Source: Pseudomonadota bacterium (GTDB lineage Bacteria; Bdellovibrionota_C; UBA2361; OMII01). Taken from it: a stretch of DNA of 64,000 nt. How positions within the stretch are numbered: position 1 is the stretch's first letter; the number at the start of each line of letters is the position of its first letter. The notes under the pieces were generated by a model, which was not told the DNA's origin, made no database searches, and saw nothing but the letters and a program-made list of their open reading frames with translations. Both the position numbers and the translations under genes were made by a program. The stretch covers positions 168,565-232,564 of the forward strand of contig JAYPVM010000002.1 in assembly GCA_038134595.1 (NCBI GenBank), given 5' to 3'. Below, in pieces: positions 1-10,700 of the stretch.

Positions 1-256
1 ATCCTCTCCGGCTCAGTTTGTATGTTGTATGGCATATGCAGAACCTGGTGGTCGGTGTGTGACGGTTACTGAAACGCTCACCGGGATTTTCAGACCGGAT
101 TTGTGGTTTCAATCTTCTGTATCGGCATTACCGTATAGTCAGTGCTTCATCCCGAACGGACAAGTGGCATCCTTATCAGAGCTAGTCTCTCAAAATCTAG
201 AGATCTCCCACAGAGCAAAGGCTCTACAGAGTTTACTTACGTGCCTCGGAGTTTGT

Positions 257-832
257 TTACGCCCCTCGGAGTCTGTCTAGAATAATCGCGCAAGCGGCAC
301 GGACGGAAAGGTGATTGTAGTCAGAGGGGCCATAGATCGGTTTTAGCGTATAGCTTGCTAATGCCATCAGGTCGGGCCCCATTCCCCAGCCGGTGCCAAA
401 TACAAGCAGATACGATTCGGCAGTTGTTGCGATAGTTTCCTTCATGTCAGAGTAGCTAATCCGATCGTCGCCATCACGTGCAGAGGTTGCGATGATTTTG
501 GGAAATCGACCAGTCTCAATTTCTATTCGTGCGATGACCTCATCAAGGCTTGTTGCAATAGAGAGCACACCTAGAGCATCTTGTCTGTTGGGATTGTATG
601 AAGCCCCGAATTCTCCATCCCAGTGGGTCTTTACAGTTCGCACCAGGGCCCGCATGCTTTGCGAGGAATGAGCTACGAAAAACGAATTAACCCCGTACGA
701 GCGACAGCTCCTAGAGATGTCGTGCACGTCGATAAGTGTTACCGATGTAGTGACGCTTTTGCCTGTTTTATCGACCATTCCGTCATGAAGTAGAGCTACA
801 TGAAGAGATGATGAGGTGGAGGACAGTTTCAT
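257..832 (-). CDS. SPOUT-family RNA methyltransferase (Methyltrn_RNA_4 / TrmD-associated type)
   Basis: Motifs DVHDISRSCRSYG, LLVFGTGWG and YNHLSVRAACAIILDRL typical of this family; 4-bp overlap with the trmD stop. Confidence 0.85.
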   Translation of the reverse strand: MKLSSTSSSLHVALLHDGMVDKTGKSVTTSVTLIDVHDISRSCRSYGVNSFFVAHSSQSMRALVRTVKTHWDGEFGASYNPNRQDALGVLSIATSLDEVIARIEIETGRFPKIIATSARDGDDRISYSDMKETIATTAESYLLVFGTGWGMGPDLMALASYTLKPIYGPSDYNHLSVRAACAIILDRLRGA

Positions 833-1521
833 TTGCAGAGGCCTTTTTTTAGAGCGGCAGTTTTACCTTTAGCGCGCTCAAGTCGCCACTTGTCGATACG
901 AGCGTGATCTCCGGAGAGAAGCACGTCTGGTACGCGGTGCCCCTCGAAGGCGTCTGGGCGAGTGTATTGCGGTGCTTCAACAAGAGCCCCGTCTTCAAGG
1001 GCGGGTGAAAACGATTCATACTCCGCTGACGCTGAGTTTTGGATTACATCGGGTCTTAATCGGAGACAGGCTTCGATTACCAACATCGCGGGTATTTCTC
1101 CCCCCATAACAACGAAGTCACCAACTGAAAGCTCTTCGTCAACTCCGATGTCGATAACCCGTTGATCGATACCTTCATAGCGACCACAAATAAATGTGAC
1201 AGAACCCTTGGCACTTAATTTAGCGGCTTTCGCTTGTGTAAATCGCTCACCACCTGGAGTAAGTGCAACAACATGAGTTTCAGGATTTCTGGCCTTTACC
1301 GAACGCAGCGCTTTCATAATAGGCTCAACCATCATAACCATTCCAGCACCGCCCCCATACGGAGTGTCGTCAACCTTAAAGTGAGGAGGGGCAGCAAAGT
1401 CACGGATGTTTACTGCATTAAAAGACAATAGATTGCGTTCAATGGCCTTTGAAACCAAGCTCGTTTGAAGAAAGCTGTCGAAGATATTTGGAAAAATGGT
1501 TAGAGCTGATACATCCCACAC
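829..1521 (-). CDS. trmD: tRNA (guanine37-N1)-methyltransferase
   Basis: Motifs VDDTPYGGGAGMVM, CGRYEGIDQR, SVGDFVVMGGE, PQYTRP, VPDVLLSGDH; GTG start. Confidence 0.97.
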   Translation of the reverse strand: MWDVSALTIFPNIFDSFLQTSLVSKAIERNLLSFNAVNIRDFAAPPHFKVDDTPYGGGAGMVMMVEPIMKALRSVKARNPETHVVALTPGGERFTQAKAAKLSAKGSVTFICGRYEGIDQRVIDIGVDEELSVGDFVVMGGEIPAMLVIEACLRLRPDVIQNSASAEYESFSPALEDGALVEAPQYTRPDAFEGHRVPDVLLSGDHARIDKWRLERAKGKTAALKKGLCK

Positions 1522-1547
1522 GATTCTATTCCTTGGTGATCGGCATT

Positions 1548-1583
1548 AAAAAGGGCCGATGCCTCTTCGAGAGGAACCGACCC
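1548..1583 (-). terminator. Intrinsic terminator/attenuator between rpsP and trmD
   Basis: Minus-strand RNA GGGUCGGU-U-CCUCU-CGA-AGAGG-C-AUCGGCCC followed by UUUUU, about 25 nt after the rpsP stop. Confidence 0.7.
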
Positions 1584-1607
1584 GATTTCCAAAGCCTTGG
1601 CGCACCA

Positions 1608-1937
1608 TTATGCGGCTTTTTTAGCGGCTCTCTCTTTTCGTTTCTTACGAGCTGCTTGTAGTTTCTTGGTTTTATGCTCTTCTTTGGCCTCGATAGCCCC
1701 GGGAAGAGAACGCTTAAGGAGCGCTCTAACTGTCTCACTTGGCTTTGCTCCAACGTTCAACCATTTCGAAATTCGGTCATCTTTAAGAGTTACCGTGGAT
1801 GGAGATGTTCGTGGGTTGTATGTACCAACGATATCGAGGAATCGACCATCTCTTCTACTCTCTTTCTCTGCAGCTACAATCCGGTATACCGGTGATTTAT
1901 GCCTACCTAAACGCGCAAGACGAAGAACTACTGCCAC
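1608..1937 (-). CDS. rpsP: 30S ribosomal protein S16 with Lys-rich C-terminal extension
   Basis: (M)AVVLRLARLGRHKSPVYRIVAAEKESRRDGRFLDIVGTYNP...WLNVGAKPSETV; start re-assigned to GTG at 1937, preceded by an AGGAG RBS. Confidence 0.96.
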   Translation of the reverse strand: MAVVLRLARLGRHKSPVYRIVAAEKESRRDGRFLDIVGTYNPRTSPSTVTLKDDRISKWLNVGAKPSETVRALLKRSLPGAIEAKEEHKTKKLQAARKKRKERAAKKAA

Positions 1938-2234
1938 TTTAACTCCTATATCGATAGTGTGTTCAAAACTGTTCGGAAAGGGAGCATACCGTAAACTGAC
2001 ACCTTCGTAAAGCGGCCGGGGCATGATTTTGGAAGTGCCTGAATCCCCAGTATGTCTAGGGTGGGATAATGCCATTGGGGATTCCTAAAGAAAACCTGTA
2101 TTTCCGAATAAAGACAGTATGTTATCTAGGCCTCTTCTTACTCTAAGCAAGGTGTGTTCTTCATGCAGCGCACAGCACCGGCCATAGTTGTATTTTAGCT
2201 AATTATTTTAGAGTGTTGTGCCGACTACGCCAAT

Positions 2235-4757
2235 ATGAAGCACCTTCTCACAACGGCAGATTCTTGGCTTCGCCGAATGACAGACGCTACCACCGTCGTC
2301 TGGCGGGGCTTCTGTGTGCCTGCTCTCTGCGTTGTGTACTTAGTTTTTTTCTGTAGTTTGTTAATGGTTCCCGCTAGGGTTGAGGCGGCAACCTATTATT
2401 GGACAGGAAAAGTCGGCGGCGGACAAACCCACAATCAGAATAATTGGTCGACTGCACCTCTTTCAAACTGCAACTCCGGCGTTGGATCCGGCTCACCGGG
2501 CCCTCTTGATACAGTCGTGTTCGACGCTGATTGTGATAATGGAGCAGATGTTTCTCAGGTTTTCAGTGTTTATGAGATTGTAATTGAGTCCGGTTACACG
2601 GGAACTATCGCTCAAAATGCTGATCTTTTAGTGGGTGCAGGTGGTATGACGATGGCCGATGGGACACTGGACGCAGGTGGTTTTAGTACATCTGTGGAAG
2701 GTCCCCTTAGCCTTCAGGGGGGAATCTTAGTAAGTTCGACAGGAACACTTTCTTTGGCGGGGGATGTTGACTTCGCAGGGGGGACTTTTACGCACAATGG
2801 GGGCACTGTTAGCTTCGAAGGAACTGGACAGGGAATCACTGGCTCAGCTGTATTTTTTAATGTAACAAAAATTACCACAGGGGCAGATACGCTCACATTC
2901 GAGGGGGGATCTGTTCAACAGGTATTGGGGACCGCGACTTTCCGTGGAGTTAATGGAGGGCTTCTCACGCTTAGAGAATCCGGTGGAAGCACATGGGGTC
3001 TTCAAATTATCGGCGGACAGGATGTAGCGTATGTCGATGTCAGAAACAGTGATGCTAGTTCAGGAAATCTTGTTGTCGGAGTTAACTCTGTAGATTCTGG
3101 CGGGAATACTAATTGGGATTTTCAATTGGGTACTCCAACCAACACACCAACAGACACACCAACTAGCACTCCGACCAACACTCCTAGTGAGACTCCGACA
3201 GAGACGCCAACAAGCACCCCGACCGATACACCGACAGCCACACCGACAGAGACTCCGACGGATACCCCAACGAGCACACCTAGCGAGACTCCTACAGCTA
3301 CCCCAACCAACACTGCACTGCAGACTCCTACGAATACACCGACCGACACTCCGACGAACACTCCTAGTGAGACTCCAACAGAGACGCCAACAAGCACCCC
3401 GACCGATACACCAACAGCCACACCGACAGAGACTCCGACAAGCACCCCGACCGATACACCAACGGACACACCGACAGATACCCCGACGAGCACACCTAGC
3501 GAGACTCCGACAGAGACGCCAACCGAGACGCCAACAAGCACTCCGACTGATACACCAACAGCCACACCGACAGAGACCCCGACGGATACCCCAACGAGTA
3601 CACCTAGCGAGACTCCTACAGCTACCCCAACCAACACTTCACTCCAGACGCCTACGAATACTCCGACACAAACTCCGACGAGTACATCAACACAAACGCC
3701 GACAAATACTCCGACGAGTATGGTAACCGATACACCTACGACCGAGCCGACGCCCACTCCGGAAAAATACGAGATAAGTGTTGTTGTTGCGATCGATGAA
3801 ACTCCGACTCAAGGGGTTCTTATCCATGTCGCGGGAGAGACGGGCGCCACGGAAGAGGTGGTTGAGGAGAGTGACGAGAATGGTGAGGTGCGAGTTGAAG
3901 TGGGTAGTAGCGATCGAATTACGATAGCTTCGGCGATGACAGCCATCGTGTTTACCCCTGTCAGCGAGGAGGCGTCTCAATTGATTGAATTAAGCCCATT
4001 GTTTGTTGCTGCTCGGCGCATAGTGGATGTTGTTGGAATGTGTCGCTTGGCAGTTGAAGCAGGTCAAGATGATATCATTTTTTCGCTGTTTAATAGCGGC
4101 GACCAACCGGTGGTTGTTGAGCACGCCCCTTTTCGCAATCAGATTTTGCTCGATGGAGGGGAGGAGGTCCTGCCAGCGCCACCTGAGATATTTGCTGTTG
4201 GATCGAACTTATATGTTCTTCCTGTCAGCCAGTTTGTTAATCACGGAGGGATGTGTGCGGATGGAGAGTATAGTTTTCTTGGTAGGCAGACTAGGATCAA
4301 TTGCAGTGAAGATCTCGACGACGTTGATGTTCCCCTCTGTGCAGGAGAGGGGGTTCTTCCATGTTCAGACATAAAGGCAAAAACGCTGCGAAGGATTCTC
4401 CGAAGGGCTACGAGAGGATTCTTTCTCGGAAAACGGGCGGCCGCTGACCTGCGCAGGAGGTATCCGGGGGTTAACGATAGATTTTCAATTGAGCGTGAGG
4501 CAAATCGAAGTTTGACTAAAATTCAGGAAATTATAAATACCACCTCCCAGCAAGCGGCAACGTGTGATGTCCAAAAAGTAGCGTGCATGCAAGTGAGTTT
4601 TCCAAAGGATAGGTTGAAGAGCGTTTTCACAAAGGGTTTTCGACCGCGGCCGCCGTCGGGTAGAAAAGCTTACCGAGCGATGATTAGGCGCATGGAGAGG
4701 CGATTCCAAAAGATTTTGGGACAGTTTCCGAAGATGATAGTGGTTTGTGCGGATTAA
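2235..4757 (+). CDS. Exported modular protein: signal peptide, Gly/Thr-rich beta-strand N-domain, ~210-aa Pro/Thr linker, Ig-like and Cys-rich C-terminal domains
   Basis: Hydrophobic leader ending [16 protein letters not shown]...[10 protein letters not shown] motif of beta-helical surface proteins; (TPTx)n repeat; basic Cys-containing C-terminus; true start uncertain. Confidence 0.8.
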   Translation: MKHLLTTADSWLRRMTDATTVVWRGFCVPALCVVYLVFFCSLLMVPARVEAATYYWTGKVGGGQTHNQNNWSTAPLSNCNSGVGSGSPGPLDTVVFDADCDNGADVSQVFSVYEIVIESGYTGTIAQNADLLVGAGGMTMADGTLDAGGFSTSVEGPLSLQGGILVSSTGTLSLAGDVDFAGGTFTHNGGTVSFEGTGQGITGSAVFFNVTKITTGADTLTFEGGSVQQVLGTATFRGVNGGLLTLRESGGSTWGLQIIGGQDVAYVDVRNSDASSGNLVVGVNSVDSGGNTNWDFQLGTPTNTPTDTPTSTPTNTPSETPTETPTSTPTDTPTATPTETPTDTPTSTPSETPTATPTNTALQTPTNTPTDTPTNTPSETPTETPTSTPTDTPTATPTETPTSTPTDTPTDTPTDTPTSTPSETPTETPTETPTSTPTDTPTATPTETPTDTPTSTPSETPTATPTNTSLQTPTNTPTQTPTSTSTQTPTNTPTSMVTDTPTTEPTPTPEKYEISVVVAIDETPTQGVLIHVAGETGATEEVVEESDENGEVRVEVGSSDRITIASAMTAIVFTPVSEEASQLIELSPLFVAARRIVDVVGMCRLAVEAGQDDIIFSLFNSGDQPVVVEHAPFRNQILLDGGEEVLPAPPEIFAVGSNLYVLPVSQFVNHGGMCADGEYSFLGRQTRINCSEDLDDVDVPLCAGEGVLPCSDIKAKTLRRILRRATRGFFLGKRAAADLRRRYPGVNDRFSIEREANRSLTKIQEIINTTSQQAATCDVQKVACMQVSFPKDRLKSVFTKGFRPRPPSGRKAYRAMIRRMERRFQKILGQFPKMIVVCAD
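3129..3760 (+). repeat. Coding Pro/Thr tetrapeptide repeat (TPTD/E/S/N) with higher-order ~180-bp duplications
   Basis: 12-bp periodicity; block ACACTCCTAGTGAGACTCC.ACAGAGACGCCAACAAGCACCCCGACCGATACACC.ACAGCCACACCGACAGAGACTCCGAC occurs at ~3178 and ~3358, with related copies later. Confidence 0.95.
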
Positions 4758-4923
4758 AAGTTAATGATTGACAGATTAGTGCCCCCCGTATCGCTGAGTG
4801 ATGGGGTTTTAGGCGGCTTGTGAGGTAATAATATCTTTTCAAGAAATAGAAACAGTCCTACCATCTCTATAGCCTTATATCGCGACCTGTCTCGGTTATC
4901 TGTGAGTAAATAGACCTGAAGCT

Positions 4924-6834
4924 ATGTTGACACCCTGGATCAAAATTATACTCGTAGCGCTGTCGTCAAATGAGATAGGCTCCTTTTTCAGAAAGCTAGG
5001 ACTACCTCTTATTACGGGGTTTCTGGTGACGGGTCTTGTCGTGGGACCACACTATCTTGCGTTCTTTCAAATGCAAGATGTTCCTGCGCTCCGGCATCTT
5101 GATCGGTGTGCTTTAGCGTTTATTGCGTTTGCCGCAGGGGCTGAATTAACAGTACAGTCACTTGTACCTAGATTAAGGGCCATTGCATCATTGGCCACAG
5201 CGATTCTTGCGTCTGTGTTCCTTTTAGGAAGTTTCGGTATTTTTGCCATTAGTCATTTTATTCCGTGGCTGGCCAGTGAACCGTGGACTACAAAGCTTGC
5301 CGCTTCTCTGCTCGGAGGTACTATATTAGTCGCCATATCGCCGTCGTCGGCGATTGCGGTTATTAGAGAAGTTCGGGCAAGGGGGCACTTCACGCAGACT
5401 ATTCTCGGAGTGACCCTTTTACTCGATTCGGTTGTAATCGTTGTTTTCGCAGTAACATCATCGCTTGCACATGCGTTGATGACCACAAGTGGCTTTAATA
5501 GTGGAGTCGTTCTGGAGGTGTTGTTCGAGATTGTTCTCGCAATAGCCGCCGGAGGGGTGCTCGCTGTCGTGCTCCGCCAGATTCTGGTCGTAAATGTGTC
5601 GCATCTCGTCAAACAGGTAGGGATTCTGGGGTTGGGTTACGGCGTTTTTTTTGTTTCGCAGAGGCATTTTACCATAGATGTTTTAGGGGTCTCTACTGCG
5701 GTATTTGCCGAACCGCTTCTTATCTGCTTAGTGGCTGGTTTTCTGGTTCACAATTGTACTCGGTATCGGGCCGAGTTCTCTAAGATTATCGAGGATACTT
5801 CTTTGCTGGTCTTTGTTCTCTTTTTCACCTCGACCGGTATCAGCACCAACGGACCGGTGCTACTCGAGAATTGGGGTGTTGTTGTCTTTTTGCTTCTGGT
5901 GAGGTTTGGCGGCATGTTGCTCGGGGCGTTTGCGGGGGGCAAAGTCGCTGGATTTACGACCAAGGAATCCCGATACATGGGACTTGGTTTAATAACGCAG
6001 GCTGGAATAAGCCTTGGCTTGAGCCGAGAATCTGCTCATATTCTACCGCCCGGCGTTGGAGATAATTTCGCCAGTTTGTGTATTGGAGTGATTGTAGCAA
6101 ATACGATTCTTGGGCCGGGGATGTTAAAGTTTTCTTTGGGTCGGGTTGGAGAGAGTCAAGAAAAGAAGGCAGGGTTAGGCTGGGGTCGATTTGCAGTTCT
6201 TTTTGGTGTCGATGCACAGAGCACATCTCTTGCCAAGCAGTTGGCGAGCGCGGGTTGGAAGATAACACTGGCTGATGTAGATGATACGGTTGAAGGGAAG
6301 ATCCCAGAGTCGCAGAACATTAAATTCGAACTCCTAAAAGGTTACACAAGAGAGGAGTTTGAAAGGTTAAAGCTTGAAAAGGCGGGAGCTGTGGTGTTGA
6401 TGGAAGAGGGCGCGTTGAATTCTGCCATTTACAGCGTACTAGATGAAAACTATCCGGAGATAGTGCCGATTGTACGGCTTCATGACGCGTCTAATTATAA
6501 GTTGTTTGCTGAGAAAGGAGCGATGATCGTCGATCCAGGGACTGCGACCGTGAGTCTGTTGAATTATCTAGTTCGTTCCCCTCGAACGGCGTCGCTATTA
6601 CTCGGTGAGGTGCAAGACAAGGAAGTCGCCGATTTTGTTGTTTCGAACAAAGATATACACAGACTTTATTTACGCGATTTAGACCTCCCGTCGGATCTAC
6701 TGGTTCTTGCAGTAAGCAGGAGAGGAAAGATGCTTCTGTCGCATGGATATACCAGAATTAAGCTAGGCGATAGGATTTCTGTGGTGGGTTCTCGTGAAAG
6801 TCTACTCGAAGCCGAGAGTCTTTTTCTCTCGTAA
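4924..6834 (+). CDS. Cation:proton antiporter (CPA2-like) with C-terminal TrkA-N/TrkA-C (RCK) domains
   Basis: ~12 TM segments, motifs LPLITGFL, AFAAGAEL, SPSSAIAVIRE, TQAGISLGL; C-terminal Rossmann-like and RCK_C (PSDLLVLAVSR...GYTRIKLGD). Confidence 0.88.
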   Translation: MLTPWIKIILVALSSNEIGSFFRKLGLPLITGFLVTGLVVGPHYLAFFQMQDVPALRHLDRCALAFIAFAAGAELTVQSLVPRLRAIASLATAILASVFLLGSFGIFAISHFIPWLASEPWTTKLAASLLGGTILVAISPSSAIAVIREVRARGHFTQTILGVTLLLDSVVIVVFAVTSSLAHALMTTSGFNSGVVLEVLFEIVLAIAAGGVLAVVLRQILVVNVSHLVKQVGILGLGYGVFFVSQRHFTIDVLGVSTAVFAEPLLICLVAGFLVHNCTRYRAEFSKIIEDTSLLVFVLFFTSTGISTNGPVLLENWGVVVFLLLVRFGGMLLGAFAGGKVAGFTTKESRYMGLGLITQAGISLGLSRESAHILPPGVGDNFASLCIGVIVANTILGPGMLKFSLGRVGESQEKKAGLGWGRFAVLFGVDAQSTSLAKQLASAGWKITLADVDDTVEGKIPESQNIKFELLKGYTREEFERLKLEKAGAVVLMEEGALNSAIYSVLDENYPEIVPIVRLHDASNYKLFAEKGAMIVDPGTATVSLLNYLVRSPRTASLLLGEVQDKEVADFVVSNKDIHRLYLRDLDLPSDLLVLAVSRRGKMLLSHGYTRIKLGDRISVVGSRESLLEAESLFLS

Positions 6835-6835
6835 G

Positions 6836-7642
6836 CTATTCTTGGTTAGCAGCTGGGAGTGAGGGGTTGGTATGGTCTGTATCGACAGCTCTCTGTGATG
6901 TGACGTATTGTACTATCACGGGAATTAAATCTTTTAATCCTTTCGGAGCCGAGCCTTTAGTTTGAATGAAGTTTTCCGCTGCAATTTTTTTTGCCATCAA
7001 ATACTCCTGGTGTGTCACTATCGGATTTTTGTATCCAGCAAACAATAATCCTTCGGATAGTCGACGGCGAAGCAACCCGTCTAATGGCTTTTTGTTGGCA
7101 TAGTGATATTTGCACATGTATCGGATCAAGCCATGACACTCCCCACGATAGTCCTGTAGGCTGTCAAGATTATTCAGGCGTGGTATTTCAGTTAGAACAA
7201 ATTTTGAAAAGCCAAGACCTGCCCCTATCATATTGACGTTAAAGTTAGCTGATACGAGAGCATCAAACTGATTTTGTGTAAGGCCTACATTTTGGCAGTG
7301 ATTGGCGATAACTAGTCTATGTGTATTAAGATCTTCGATGAGGAGGGCTTCTGCCTCATCGATCGATTGTAGTTGATAGCCTTTATGCACGTCTTTGGTA
7401 TGCCCGATTCCAATCGTCCACTTGTTTCCGGGACATAGATAGGCTTTGAGCCTCACTGGACCTTCAAAGTGTTTTATGAGTTCGATTGCTTCTTCTGAAA
7501 CGCTTCTCTCAGACGGATTTAAAGGGATATCACTCTCGGCAAAGCATTTCGTGCCTGGTGTGTAGAGCCCTATGCAACCTGCTATCGAGCCGAACGCAGT
7601 GCCCAGAAATTCGCGTCTATTACTTTGGTTTACGGAGTACAT
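6836..7642 (-). CDS. GH24 (phage-type) lysozyme/muramidase with twin-arginine export signal
   Basis: LIKHFEG...AYLCPGNKWTIGIGHT (E...C...T catalytic layout), LTQNQFDALVSANFNV, GLLRRRLSE; N-terminal NRREFL Tat motif; start set at ATG 7642 after an AAGGA RBS. Confidence 0.88.
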   Translation of the reverse strand: MYSVNQSNRREFLGTAFGSIAGCIGLYTPGTKCFAESDIPLNPSERSVSEEAIELIKHFEGPVRLKAYLCPGNKWTIGIGHTKDVHKGYQLQSIDEAEALLIEDLNTHRLVIANHCQNVGLTQNQFDALVSANFNVNMIGAGLGFSKFVLTEIPRLNNLDSLQDYRGECHGLIRYMCKYHYANKKPLDGLLRRRLSEGLLFAGYKNPIVTHQEYLMAKKIAAENFIQTKGSAPKGLKDLIPVIVQYVTSQRAVDTDHTNPSLPAANQE

Positions 7643-7750
7643 TGTATATCCTTTTTTATTAGTGCCGCATTCTAACTGATTTTCGAACAATAATCTAATG
7701 TACTGAAAGCACTCAATTTAATGGAAGTAAGGGGTTGCCGATGCTTTGTC

Positions 7751-7778
7751 TTGCACAATTAAATCAATGTTCTATTAT
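7751..7778 (+). promoter_or_regulatory. Putative sigma70 promoter giving a leaderless transcript for the large orphan ORF
   Basis: TTGCAC-N16-TATTAT; the ATG at 7785 lies 7 nt past the -10 box; no SD visible. Confidence 0.45.
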
Positions 7779-7784
7779 TGTCCG

Positions 7785-10700
7785 ATGAATCAAGTAGTTA
7801 GTAACGGTATAAGAGATATTTCGGCAGGGCCCTCCTCGTTTGGAGGTGGGGAGCTTCCTGGTGAGCTTAGATTGATAGGGAGTGACGAGTTTGCTGGAAC
7901 AGAGCGAACACGCGTTGCGCTAAATTCTGGTTTAAACAGAGCCTGGAGTCAGGATAATCCCGTTTCTTGGATACTTGCTAGAGTTCGGTGTGGTGTCTTA
8001 CAGCTACCACCCCGTGAATACACGACTAAGATGGAAGATCTGTCACATTCTACGCTGAGCCACTTGGAGAACCACCGTGATTTTGCATCAGCTCGCTACA
8101 ATCCTGAGACGATTCACAGAGTGATTCGAGGCTGGGAGCGTTTAGCCGGAACTAAGCAATACCGACACGTAAAGCCTGAAATAGATCAGGCTATATCCGA
8201 GCTTTTGCATTGCCTTACGTTGGAGCAAAAAACTCCTCTCTTTCAACTCCTCATGCGTTGGCGATATCGTGTAGGCCCACATGCTTTTGATACGGGCACA
8301 GGACTAAATTACAAACAACTTTGGGCTCGTGGTAATACGGGAGTCGTTTCGCCGTTTCGGGAGATATTGGACCACGGTCGTAGATTATCGCTTATTCCTT
8401 CTAAAGGAACCCTTGTCGAGCTGAATGGAAACCCTTTCTTCCAAGAAGCTAGAGACGCGTGGACACAAGACTCTTTGAGGCTGGGACGAAAGCCGCCCTT
8501 GATTGATCTTCATGTGTTTATGGATTGCGGCGGCTTGGAGTTTGATGCCCATAGCCTACGAAGCCGTGGCGTGGTTATTCAGACCCGAACTGTAGAAGCT
8601 ATTCGAAACTTTCGGATGTGTCCCTGGAATAAGGTTAAGCGCCTCTGTATGTTTCTCTGTGAGAAGGGAGTTGTCTCAGATGAGGATGTATCAAAATTAA
8701 AATCATCGTGGCAAGATCACTGGTCTTCAAGAAAAGCGTCATTTGAAGACAAACTTTGGCGTAAGTTGCAAGAAAGCTCGCTAGATACGCGCCGCATTGC
8801 TGAAGTAATGGGAATTGGCACCGATGATGTGTACAAGCCTAGCCTTCCCGTTTTTAGAGCAATTAAATATGGGGAGGGCTCTAAATGGATTGCGTCTGGG
8901 ACGCTCGCCCATATTCTTGTTGCTAATAATAGAGAGAGAGAGAGTCTTCTTAACCAGAAAAGAGACGAGCTTGCATATGCACGCACCGTGCGCGGTAGTG
9001 GAATCGATTCGCCAGTTGCAATTGAACGAGAGTTGTGGGCTCTAAAGTATGAGGATTTACCGTACGACAAGCGAGCTATTCAAGAGTTGGAGTGGGGCAG
9101 GGCCTCTGAACTAGATGAATATCAGGTGGTGAACGCAGTTCGCGAAGAAGGCGAGAGAAGAGCGATGCAGGCTGTAGAGTCCTTAGAATCACGAAAAGAG
9201 GCTCATACGGTTGGACAGTTAATAAATAACCTTCTTTTCCAAAATGGGATAGCTAAGCTTGAGGGTCAACTAAACACTTCACAGAGGCTTCTTAGGAGTA
9301 TTGGCGCTGGTGAGGAGGTGCCGAGCCTTAATCGGATTCGCGACTTTGCAGAAAAAGGAGGCTTTGAGGTATCCGAGAGGTTAGAGCAAGATTGGCGGAG
9401 CGTTAATGCACGGATGGGAGCGGTGTTGGCAAGTAGCCCGATTGAACGTGTTTTGATAGCCCATATGCGGGAGGAGTTCGATAGTCGACGGCAGCTTTTT
9501 GCGAGGACGAAAGCAAAGCCACGTATGCATAGGCTTGTATTTGGATTGTATGATAGCGCCACAATTTTGCCAGGGGATGTGGCGTCTTTTCTGAGGGCTT
9601 ATGGCATCGAGGCAAGGGATGAGAGGGCGTATTTTCTGAAACATGTTATTAAGTCTTCTAGTATGGTTTGTGGAGTAGCTAAATGGCTTGAAACCACCAA
9701 CCACGAAGCGGCTCGTCGTTTAGTTCAACTCTCGAATACTGACGACGGTAGCGACAAACAAGGTAAGGAGATGGCTTTGTGCTATCAAGAGGTGCTCCGT
9801 GTCTTGCCTGGAGTAACATTGGAAGAATTACGTGCCGCGCTTAATTCTAAACAGGACTCAATACTCTTACTTTATAGAGACACTATTAAAAAGTTGTTCG
9901 CGAGTGGCCTTACAGAAACTGAACTTCTTTATGCGGCGATAGGGGGAACTAATAGAGATCGTGTACCGTTAGAAATGATCGCGCAAGGCTTAAAGCGGCG
10001 ACAACCGATGCCGGTCCTTCCCTTGGGAGTGGTGGTGTCCCTCGCACACTCTGACAGTGGAGATAGGGAAGAGGCTCTGGCGGAGGCTCGTACGGTAGTG
10101 CGAGGTGTTTTGGAGCTTGAAGGCTCGCCAATGTCTGAGCTATGCGTCGAGAAACGATTATGGGGTATCCGTCTCGCTGACTTGGTCGGCGGACAAAAAC
10201 TGCTTCAGTCTGCAGTGTGGAGTGATTCCCAAAAGGAGAGTGTTGCATTACGTGCGCAAATAACCACGCTTCAAGCGGATATGGTCAAGAGAGCTTGTGA
10301 TCGGCTGTCGTATATTCAGTCCGCAAGACACTCCGCTGAATTCGTTGAAATTGCCAGTCAACTCATGCCGGCGGGGGTTCGAGATGTGATACGACGGGCC
10401 CGGCTTTCTTTTCGACAGCCTGATCTGATTAGGGAGGGTGATTTTCAGGTCTCTTTAGATCAGTATCAGATCCTCGGTCGTCTAGCTGGGTTCAAAGAGG
10501 AGTCTCTCTTAGAGTGGTATTGGAGTCTTGAAAGTGCTGAATCGGTAGCGCGGCTTGAGGGCACGGCTTTGCGCCGGATGATTTTTTCGCACGTTCTTGC
10601 TCAACATGAAGCGACTGGAGCGGATCGGGCAAAAAGCTCACGTGACAAGGTTGCTTGGAGAGATTTTTCAAAACGGTGCGGCCTAACCCCAACAAAGTTA

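Noticed and set aside
1..256. rplS expected downstream of trmD, and the ORF at 29-280
   Set aside because: No L19-like sequence in the minus-strand frames I translated; the plus-strand ORF has no motif and overlaps the methyltransferase end
1938..2075. N-terminal extension of S16 in the ORF track, and a hairpin at 2041-2084
   Set aside because: The SD plus GTG at 1937 gives the canonical S16 start; the hairpin has a long loop and no assignable function
3122..3757. Minus-strand (VGVS)n ORF and plus-strand Arg/Gln-rich alternative ORF (3187-3726)
   Set aside because: Shadow frames of the Pro/Thr coding repeat
3129..3760. Repeat array considered as CRISPR
   Set aside because: In-frame 12-bp coding periodicity, no unique spacers, no cas genes in the window
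6836..7690. Prophage remnant around the lysozyme
   Set aside because: No holin, spanin, structural gene, integrase or att repeats nearby
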